From assembly GCA_002269645.1 (NCBI GenBank), contig NIVC01004701.1:1-37651 (forward strand): DNA of 37,651 nt, read 5' to 3'. The first letter of the stretch is position 1. Each line of letters opens with the position of its first letter. The notes below the pieces were generated by a model, which saw only the letters and a list, made by a program, of their open reading frames with translations, was not told the origin of the DNA and searched no databases. The position numbers were made by a program, and so were the translations under genes. Of the stretch, positions 28,822-37,651 are shown piece after piece. Origin of the DNA: Macrostomum lignano (taxonomy: Eukaryota).

Positions 28822-28913
28822 TCCCTGTGCTCTTTTACCTTGGGGTTGCGATAGGGGCCTCGCGGCCTATTCGCGGCGCCTGCGCCCCCCGTCAGTAGTA
28901 AGTAAGTAAGTAG

Positions 28914-29451
28914 ACGCCCAACGCCGAACGGAGGCTAACACCGTCCTCCCAACCCCACTCAACCCGACAGGATCTGCTGACCAGTCCGCCTCGTTCGTTA
29001 TCCTGCAAATCTGCACGCAGTGCTGAGTTCTCTGACTTGTTTATTTCGTTCCGACGGAAGCTCACCTTACTGAAGGCAAAGACTCCGAGGTAACTGCAGC
29101 AACTCACGGCCGACTGTCCGTTCAAGGACCTGACGATCGAGATGGTGCGAGACCAGCGTATCGAAAAGACCTGTGTGCCCCGCATTGGAGATCGACTGCC
29201 GATGGAGTCTGACGACCTGACACTGGAAAAATCCCTTAAACTAGCCATCCAAATCGAGACTGCCATCACGGAAGCCAAAACCATCGCTGATGCTCCAGCG
29301 CGTCCTACAGTTAGAAAAGCTCGGTGCAGGCCGTCACCAAGCCCAAGGCGGAGCAAGACCGTGGCAACTGTCAGCGAAGGCCCCAGCACCGTCCTCCACA
29401 TCAGGGACCAGGAAACGATGCCAGAAAACGACATCAAGTGCGTCATCAGCG
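28914..29451 (+). pseudogene. Ty3/Gypsy gag remnant (K02A2.6-like family)
   Basis: [21 protein letters not shown]...[26 protein letters not shown] motif typical of Gypsy gag, with an in-frame stop and frameshifts. Confidence 0.75.
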
Positions 29452-30540
29452 TTGACTTGACTTGACTTAGCTGCAGGGGGCTCCGTGCATCCAGATGCAG
29501 CGAGGAGGCGTTGCCGCCCATTTCGCTAACCCCTGGCGACCACGGGCAGCTGGTGCTGCGGTGTCGTGCAGGGAGATCCGGCCGGTGTCCGCAGCGCGGT
29601 CCCCCTCCGGAGAGTCCAGGAGGTGGTTGGTCGCTCGCCCGGTAGCCCTTAGGTAGTGGAGGAGCTGGCAGAGTTTCTCGAACCTGAAAACGTCTGAGAG
29701 GTCCGGGTTCGGGCCGAGGTAGGTGAGCCTGTCCTGGGTAAAGGCAGGGCATTCACAGATAAAATGCTCCGCATTCTCGACACCGAAGAGGCAGAATGGG
29801 CATTCCTCACTACGGAATTTTCCCTGGAGGTGACGATGCCTGGCAAAACAGCCATGACTCGAGAGGACCATGGTCACCGCCCTGATGTCCCTGCGGTTGA
29901 ATCCAAGCAGGCCCCTGCGCAGGGCGGATGAAGGAAAGGACAGCCGCGCGGGATTGCCGGCGTTAGCCCACCTCTCCGCAGGAGCTTATGGCGAGAACTT
30001 TGTTTTGGAAAACGGTGGAGCAGGTGCCGGTGTGCAGGTCGCCACGGTTCTCCCTCTAGATACGATACAGTAGCCGTAGCCAGTGGCGGAATTGATTTGG
30101 GACCCGTCAATGAAGCAGTGGATTTCATGGGGTTTCCAGTTGTCTCTTGCTTCATGACGTGGTGGAATGCTGGTTTTGAATTTGAGCGGAGGGCAGAGCT
30201 TGAACGGGATTCCGTCCGAGAGGGTCAGCAGGCCTTCCGCTGCTTCCAGGTTTCGCAGGCTGAGGTCGCCGTGTGGCCGGAGGTTCCCCTTTCTGAAGGC
30301 AAACTGCTTCTGATGGGGACACCCGCGTCAAACAGACAGCGGGTGGTCTTCATTGCCTCCCCTCTGACAAAGAGGTCAAGTGGGGAATGTCCAGGAAGAA
30401 GCTCATGCCAGCAAAGGGCGTAGAGGGAGTCGCGTTCATGATAGCTCGTGATGGCGGTAACATCGTCCACATAGCCAACCTTTTGAACCAGGTCCGGATG
30501 CAGGCTGCAAAACAGCTCGTCCATGACCATTAACCAGCAA
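29452..30540 (-). mobile_element. 5'-truncated, internally deleted non-LTR retrotransposon of the same clade but a different family, inserted in the Gypsy
   Basis: On the minus strand, collinear pieces VMDEL...[70 protein letters not shown], then an (AAGTC)3 tail at 29452-29468. The 5' junction is ambiguous (about 30530-30540). Confidence 0.85.
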
Positions 30541-30550
30541 CGCTTCCGGT

Positions 30551-30773
30551 TGTTGAAAAAGTAATGTAAATTGTATCTATGCTAATTATAGTAACTCTCC
30601 TTAGATTCCCCAATTCTAGAACTTTCTAGAACGATACTGTATAAGTTCGTCAATGCCTGAAACTAAAGCGATTAAATCAACCTTTGGCTCCATCCTCTCC
30701 TAACTTTCCCCTTTTGCTCGTTGACTAAGAACTATACTCGATCAGCTACACCACTGCGTTTAAAAAGCCAACA
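30551..30773 (+). repeat. Copia 5' LTR (223 bp)
   Basis: TGTTGAAAAAG...AAAGCCAACA; 218/223 identical to the 3' LTR. Confidence 0.97.
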
Positions 30774-30808
30774 GGTTATGAGTCCAGCCCAGCACACTTC
30801 CACTGCGC
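30774..30808 (+). other. Primer-binding site complementary to the 5' half of initiator tRNA-Met
   Basis: GGTTATGAGTCCAGC follows the LTR directly and resembles GGTTATGGGCCCAG, the half-tRNA-iMet PBS known from Drosophila copia. Confidence 0.8.
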
Positions 30809-30882
30809 GTAAGTGGTAGCTGATACAGAAGCCTCGCTCAGACGGAAAATAGGCTTGTTCTCGACACGAACTTTCCGAAGAA

Positions 30883-33800
30883 ATGGCGGATGATAAGTTT
30901 CCAGTCGACAAGCTGGGAAGCGGAAACTGGACTACCTGGAAGATCCAGATCAAGTTATGTCTTATAGCGAGGAAGCTCTGGGGAGTCGTCGACGGTTCCG
31001 TAATTCTCGCAGAGTATGCCACTCAGGAGCAAGAAAACGAATTTCGAGAGCAGCAACAGAGAGCTGCTGCAGTGATCGTTCTGTCAATCGAGAAAGAGCT
31101 CATCTATCTAATAACTTCGTGTGGCGAAGATCCACATCGGATGCGGCAATCCCTCAAACAGTAATTCGAACGAGATTCAACCGCCAATAAGATCTACGTA
31201 TTTGAAGAAACAGCTTTTCCGGCTGCAGATGAGTGAAGGGACCCGCGTACAGGAGCATATGCGCCATATGAAGGAGCCGACCGACAAACTGGCCTCTATC
31301 AACTCACCTGTCAGTGAAGAGGACCAAGTGGTCATGCTGCTAAGCAGCCTGCCTGAGAGCTACTCTATCTTGGTTACTGCCTTGGAAGCTCTCGGTGATG
31401 ATCTTACTCTGCCGATGGTTCACCAAGCACTCATCAACGAGGAGCAAAAGCGAAATGAATTAGGTGAGCGAGTGTCTGGTGATACACAGGGTGGAGAGTT
31501 TGCACTGAAGATCAAAAAAGGCCAAGGTCTGCCGCGTCGTGTTGTCAAATGTTTCAATTGCGGAAAGATGGGTCACTTTGCTCGAGACTGTCGTTCAGAA
31601 GGAGCGAAAAAGTTCGTCAAGGACCACACCGACAAACCTGCACGGTATGTCGCCAAAACAGCCGATGGTGCTGCTACCCAGGACATCGCCGAAACCTCGC
31701 TTGATAACGACGCACCTAAAAGCTGCCACGAGACATTCTTTATGTCGCTTGCGAAGACCAGCTCTGACATATCCACCTGGATAATTGACTCTGGAGCGTT
31801 CTGCCACATGACATACTCTAGAGAGCTACTAGTCAACTATAAGCAGTTTGGACGACCTGAAAGGTTCAGCCTAGGTGATGGTCGAACAGTCGAGGCCTGC
31901 GGCAGTGGTCAGGTAAAACTCATTATGCTCCTGCCACATGGCAAGCGTTTCAAGACAGTTATAACAGATGTACTTCTAGTGCCTCAACTGTCGTGCAATC
32001 TGTTTAGTGCTCGAGCAGCAGCAGCAAAGGATTAAGTGATACAGTTCGGTCACTCAAAATGCTGGATTCGCAACAAGGCTGAACTCCTTGTTGGAAAGGG
32101 ATCTGTTGTTAGCAGAATGTACCAGCTTGACTGTGAAGTAAAATTGCCGGCGAACGCTGGGACAATGGCAACTGCTGATTCCCCAGACACAAGTGCAACT
32201 TTATGGCACCAGCGTCTTGGTCATGTCAACGAACACCAACTAAATCAAATGAGCAAAGACCAACTCGTGAGCGGCATCTGTAAGTTGCAGACTGCATGTA
32301 TAGACTTTTGTGAAGGATGTATCGAGGGAAAAATGCACTGCAAGCCTCATAGGTCGATTTCCAAAATCCGCTCTACCGAAAGGCTACAACTAATTGACAG
32401 CGACATGCGGTCCTATGCAAACAGAGTCATTTAATGGAAACAAGTACTTTGTCACCTTTATTGATGACTACTCACGCTGCGTTAAGATTTTCTTCATGCA
32501 ACAAAGCTCAGAAGTGCTTGATAAGTTTAAGAAGTTTGAGGCCATGGTTGCAACAGAAGCAGGACTCAAACTCAAAGCATTACAAACTGACGGCGGCGGA
32601 GAGTATGCATCAAGTCAATTTACAAAATTCCTGGAGCAGAAGGGCATTCGGCATGAGACTACCGTGGCTCATACACTTCAGCAAAATGACGTTGCCGAAC
32701 GGATGAATCGCACCTTCGTTGAATCAGCCCGTACAATGATGGCCTATGCTGGAGTAAGCAACTAGTTCTGGGCAGAAGCAGTAAACACCGCAGCTTATGT
32801 GCAAAATAGAGTCGTGACGAGTGCTCTTACTCCGCAAATGACGCCATACCAGAGTTGGTATGGGCGCAAGCTCGACGTTGAGCACTTTCGAGTTTTCGGC
32901 TGCGTAGCCTATGCCCACGTACCAGATGTGAAGCTAAAGAAGCTACACAAGAAGGCCGAAAAGCTATGGTTCGTTGGCTACAATACGGATGGAAGAAGCT
33001 ACAGACTGTTTGATGAAAGGTTGAGAAAGACAGTCATCCGCTACGATGTGGTGTTCAACGAGACTTATTTTGGAACCTCAAAAAATGGAACAAGAGACAA
33101 GGACGCGAGCTGGTTCAACTTGGAACTTGATAAGCCCAAATATGACAGAAGAGACACCAGGTCAAGAACAGGAACAATCGGTGTCGACAGAAACTGATCA
33201 GAAGCGATATCCTCAACGAGAAAGGAGAGCCCCTGACCGTCTCAAATATGAAGGTACAAAAGTGGCATCTGAAGCCAAACACTTTGCGTTCAGAATGACC
33301 AAAATTATCGAACCGAAAACGATTGACGAAGCCCTGAAAGGAGACTATGCAAAGTAATGGAAAGCTGCCGCTGACTCAGAATATAATTCCCTGATGGAGA
33401 ATGAAACCTGGGATCTGGTACGACTACCTGAAGGACGTAAGGCAATCGGATGTAAATGGATCTTTAAGGTCAAGTATGACGGTGATGGCAGGGTATATCG
33501 TTTTAAGGGAAGACTTGTAGCCAAGGGCTATTCACAGAAGTTTGGCATTGATTATGAAGAGACCTTTGCGCCAGTTGTAAAATTCCTATCTGTTCGCGCA
33601 ATGTTGGCATTAGCGGCTAAACATGAATTACACGTTCATCAGATGGACGTTGTAACTGCCTTTTTGAACGGCGAATTGTGCGAAGCAATTTACATGGAGC
33701 AGCCACCCGGTTTCGTCAAGCCAGGAGAGGAAGAGCTGGTCTGCAAGTTAAAGAAGTCGCTTTATGGACCTAAGCAAGCGCCCCGTTGCTGGAACAAAGC

Positions 33801-34838
33801 CTTTTGCGACTACCTAGCCAGAATTAACTTCGACGAAAGCTCAGCCGACAGGAGGATCTCACTACCCTAGCCGTATACGTTGACGACCGAATACTAATTG
33901 CGAAGAGTCTGGTGGAAATACAACAAATCAAGGATGAACTTTCCAAAAGGTTCAAGATGAAAAACATGGGCGAGTTGCACTACTGTCTAGGTGTCAACAT
34001 CCAAGCAAACAAGCAGGAGGACCGCTGTATCAAGCTTAATCAGAAGCAGTACATAACCAAACTGCTTGAACGCTATGGACTTGCAGAGGCGAACCCAGCC
34101 CTAACTCCGATGGATTTCAACGTAAAACTAGCAAAATACAACGAGGGCAGCAAGCCAGTTGACTCAAAAGTTTACCAGTCAATGGTCGGAAGCTTGCTTT
34201 ATGCAGCAACTGCTACGCGTCCAGACATCTCGTATGCAGTGGGAGTTGTTTCTAAGTTCAACAACAAACCAAGAGAAATACATCTAACCGCAGTGAAACG
34301 AATCTTCCGATACCTAAAGGGAACAATCGACTTTGGCCTAGAGTACAACTCTGGTGTAGAGAACTTGATCCACTATTCTGATGCGGACTGGGCGAGTGAC
34401 GTAGATAATCGACATTCCACCTCTGGCATCGTGTTTAAGCTATCGGGTGGCGCTATCAGCTGGCTTAGCAAGAAGCAATCAACCGTCACACTCTCAACAA
34501 CGGAAGCTGAGTACGTCGCGCTGAGCTCTGCAGCACAAGAAGCCATGTGGCTGCGGCGGCAACTAAGTGATCTTGAAAGATCAGGATCTGAGCGACACAC
34601 TGTGATCTACGAGGACAACCAAGGAACTATTTATTGCTCTTTCTGAGAATTCTGCTGGAAGCCGACGGACAAAGCACATTGATATCAGACATCATTTAAT
34701 TCGCGAAGCCGTCAGCAATGGACTATTCGAGTGCCCTACTGTCCAACTGGCGATATGGTTGCAGATGTGCTTACTAAGCCGTTACCCAAGGACAAGTTCA
34801 TGCAACTGCGAACAATGCTTAGGGTTGTTAAAACGTAA
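30883..34838 (+). pseudogene. Copia gag-pol with several stops and frameshifts
   Basis: NWTTWK gag start, CFNCGKMGHFARDC knuckle, IDSGA protease, LWHQRLGH pre-integrase, FIDDYSR/TDGGGEY/AERMNRT integrase, RLVAKGYSQ/QMDV/YVDD (33876-87) RT, YSDADWA/KHIDI RNase H. Stops at 32033, 32763 and 33355; frameshifts near 31160, 32420, 33180, 33860, 34640 and 34725. Confidence 0.93.
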
Positions 34839-34936
34839 CAGAGGAGTCTGAATTTACTGAAATCTTAATCAGAACTTTGTGAAAACTCGACATTTTTTGT
34901 AATCGCATACATAAACAATTTCATTAAATGGGATCG

Positions 34937-35159
34937 TGTTGAAAAAGTAATGTAAATTGTATCTATGCTAATTATAGTAACTCTCCTTAGATTCCCCAAT
35001 TCTAGAACTTTCTAGAACGATACTGTATAAGTTCGTCAATGCCTGAAACTAAAGCGATTAAATCAGCCTTGGGCTCCATCCTCTCTTAACTTTCCCCTTT
35101 TGCTCGTTGACTAAGAAATATACTCGATCAGCTACACTACTGCGTTTAAAAAGCCAACA
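34937..35159 (+). repeat. Copia 3' LTR (223 bp)
   Basis: Direct repeat of 30551-30773 with 5 substitutions. Confidence 0.97.
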
Positions 35160-35164
35160 CCGGT

Positions 35165-36440
35165 TACATTCAAGGACAAGACGAGCGCAGTCACCTTCCA
35201 CGTGGCGGAGGGCAGCATAAGCCTTCTAGGCCGCCCGGGCTTCCAGCCGTTCGGAGTGACCCTTAATGTCAACCAGCTGCAAGAGGGCGAACTCCAGGTG
35301 CATGACAGCTTCAAGAGCCTGTTCGGACCAGTCTGGCGGGCCAAAGGCATCGTACACAAGCCGAAGCTCAAGTCGGATGATACTTGTACAGTCATCCAAG
35401 CACGCCGCAAGATTCCACTAGCGATGAAGAAGGCGGTCAGGGCAGGACTCAAACGACTGGAGGCCGAGCAGATCATCGACAATGTCGGCGCAAGCGCCTG
35501 GGTGAGCAACATGGTCATCGCATCAAAGAGCGACGGCAAGATCTGACTGTGCCTTGACCTGCGGGATGGTAACAAAGCAATCATCGCGGATGCCTACCCG
35601 ACGCCAGCCATCGACGAACTTGCAGCAGAGTTCAGGGAGTCCAAGGTCTTCTCGAAGCTAGACATGAAGACGGGCTATCTTCAGTTTGAACTGCAAGAGG
35701 GCAGCCGACACTTGAACGCGTTCATAACGGACGAGGGCTATACCATTTTCACTGCGTCCCGTTCGGTCTCAGCAGCGCGGCAGGATTCTACCAAAAGCCA
35801 TGGCCCGCGAGTTGCAAGAACTCCCAGGAACCGTCAACGCAATCGATGACATCCTATAGTCCACGGCAAGACCCGACAAGAGCGCGACAGCAAACTGCGA
35901 CGAACGTTAGAACGACTACAGGAGTACAACATCACCCTCAACGACAAGTGCGTCTTGGGCCAATCGGCCGTCGACTTCCACGGCTTCAGGATATCAGCAT
36001 TCCGCTGATGAGCATCACGAGCACCCCGGCGACAGCGTGGGAGGATGCGGCGAGTTCAAACGGCGGGCACCAAGGCACCAACGATTCGCGATCGTCCTGG
36101 TTGACAAATTTAGCCGTTTGGCCAGAGGTCGCGCTGGTGGAAACTGTCACCACGAAGTCCATCATCAACTTCCTCGAGATCACCTGGACGAGATGGGGCA
36201 CTCAAAAGAGCATCACGACAGACAACGGACCCCAGTTCGGGCATGAGTTCGACGACTAACTAGACGGCAGAGCGGTCGAGCACAAAAGAACAGCGGTCTA
36301 CTGCCCGGAGCAGAACGGCAACGTCGAGCGCTTCAAAAATATGCTAGGCGAGGGCAGTAGACCGAGGGTTTCAGCGACGCCGTCCGAGAGGTCATCGCCG
36401 CCTACAGAGCGACAAGGAGCGACGTCACGGGTTCGAGCCC
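35165..36440 (+). pseudogene. Ty3/Gypsy pol remnant: protease C-terminus, RT, integrase core; RNase H apparently deleted
   Basis: SLLGR (protease end), RRKIP, WVSNMV...LCLDLR, FSKLDMKTGYLQ, and frameshifted VPFGL and IDD (RT). It then jumps to VDKFSR/WPEV, TTDNGPQF, NGNVERF and VTGSSP (integrase). RT-before-IN order indicates Gypsy. Confidence 0.9.
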
Positions 36441-37651
36441 ACTTGTGCGTTGAATTCAGCTACGCCATAGACACTCGTGCGCTACGAGCACTCGTGATCT
36501 AGGCGTTGCTGAATTTAGCACACTCGTGCCCCCCACCCATTATCCCGAGTTCCGACCTCGTCTAACCACCCATTATCCAATGTTTGATAATGACTGATTA
36601 TCACACGCTATATCACTGCGACATCTAGCCACTCGTGACAGTTGATCATTATCCACCAATGAAACCGTATAGACAACAAACTATTGTTGGCAATTCGTCG
36701 TCGCACTTCCACTTGTAGCCAGAGTCGTCACGCACTGTTACGAACTCATGTCATAAATAAACAAAATGTAAAAAATTGCAACAAGTTTTAAGTTCAATAT
36801 AACAAAACAGCAGCCCCTGAGATCGAGCTAAATAATTGTATCGCAGAAGTGAAACCAAAATGACAAACAGCAAAATTTCTGCATATTATTTTCATAGAAA
36901 CCTAAACTAAGCGCATATTTTCGATTGGTAAACAATTAATAGCAAACAGACACAGGGTTTCGCATCTGAGAAAATGAAGAGCCACTACATGTACAAATAA
37001 TTAAAAACCACAAAACCAGAATATTGAGTGGTTTTTTGATAGATAAGTATAAGCAATCACAAACAATATTAAAAACAATCGAGTTCATTAAATTGTCGAA
37101 CGATGTCCATAAATTGAATTTTAGCTACAACAACAAAGGAAAAGCAAGTATTTTTTTTAAAATTTAGTCTAAAATTGTGAAAAAAATTGGAAAAATATGG
37201 AATACCACAGACCATCATAAAACTAAAATTGGGTTGATAAAATTCTGGTGGAAAGGATTAGCTAAATAATAATTAAAGTACACGTAAAAAACCATCGAGA
37301 TAAGCGCAAACAAAACTTTGATAGGTAAACTATATTTACAAGTCAGTAGCTATAAAAAAGGCCGAGCTATAATCCAGGTGCCAATTCTGACACGCAAAAA
37401 TAACCGCCTGTTTTAAACCACTTTTTAATTATAGCAATGAAACAAAAACACAACGGATAACATTGAAAATCGCCTATTTAAGCTCGAATTTTGGTTCGGT
37501 TAATAAGTCTAATTACTCTAATCTGCTATGTACTGCCTACTTTAATAAGTAGCTAAGCGTCGTGTAACGTGACAAGTGAAGCATGATACGACGAACTCTA
37601 GTGATTAAAAAATAATGCCGGAAAAAATCTATACTCTTTGAAACTAGAAAA

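Larger units (their letters stand above)
30551..35159 (+). mobile_element. Full-length Ty1/Copia LTR retrotransposon (4609 bp), coding-disabled
   Basis: TG...CA LTRs, 5-bp TSD CCGGT (30546-50 and 35160-64), PBS directly after the 5' LTR, and the gag-PR-IN-RT-RH order diagnostic of Copia. Confidence 0.97.

Noticed and set aside
29495-29512. GCCTCCTCGCT (minus strand), identical to the HDV ribozyme P3/L3
   Set aside because: The required P3' GGC and P1/P1.1 partners are absent; it is treated as part of the LINE 3' UTR instead.
30534-30550. CCAGCAACGCTTCCGGT just left of the Copia resembles the tRNA-iMet complement
   Set aside because: It is short, needs an indel, and reads in frame as Gypsy protease (PATLP) across the TSD; likely coincidence.
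36425-36445. GGTTCGAGCCC resembling a tRNA T-loop/B-box
   Set aside because: The T-stem does not pair beyond 2 bp, there is no cloverleaf, and the sequence encodes the integrase VTGSSP motif.

Overview
Eukaryotic, most likely invertebrate, genomic DNA: GT-AG introns, micro/minisatellites and retroelements, with no operon, CRISPR, rRNA or tRNA signal. The taxon cannot be fixed from the sequence. The left ~23 kb is AT-rich host DNA with many minisatellites, an 898-bp non-autonomous hAT element and a probable Helitron 3' end. It also holds a spliced minus-strand gene for a RING-HC (C3HC4) + Gln-rich + coiled-coil protein (about 17111 to 13056), whose second intron is a 2.2-kb 25-bp minisatellite. 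A weaker two-exon orphan gene and a CCAAT/TATA promoter lie upstream of it on the same strand. The right ~14 kb is a retroelement nest. (1) A near-intact LOA/R1-type non-LTR element: DUF4780-like ORF1, TAATG stop-start junction, APE-RT-RNaseH-CCHC ORF2 with one homopolymer frameshift, preceded by a dense E-box/CRE/AP-1/kB/TATA module and a splice acceptor. (2) A decayed Ty3/Gypsy element. (3) A minus-strand, multiply deleted second LINE inside the Gypsy. (4) A complete but disabled 4.6-kb Ty1/Copia element inside the Gypsy, with 223-bp LTRs, a CCGGT TSD and an unusually long tRNA-iMet-half PBS. All domain calls are by-eye motif recognition; no searches were run.
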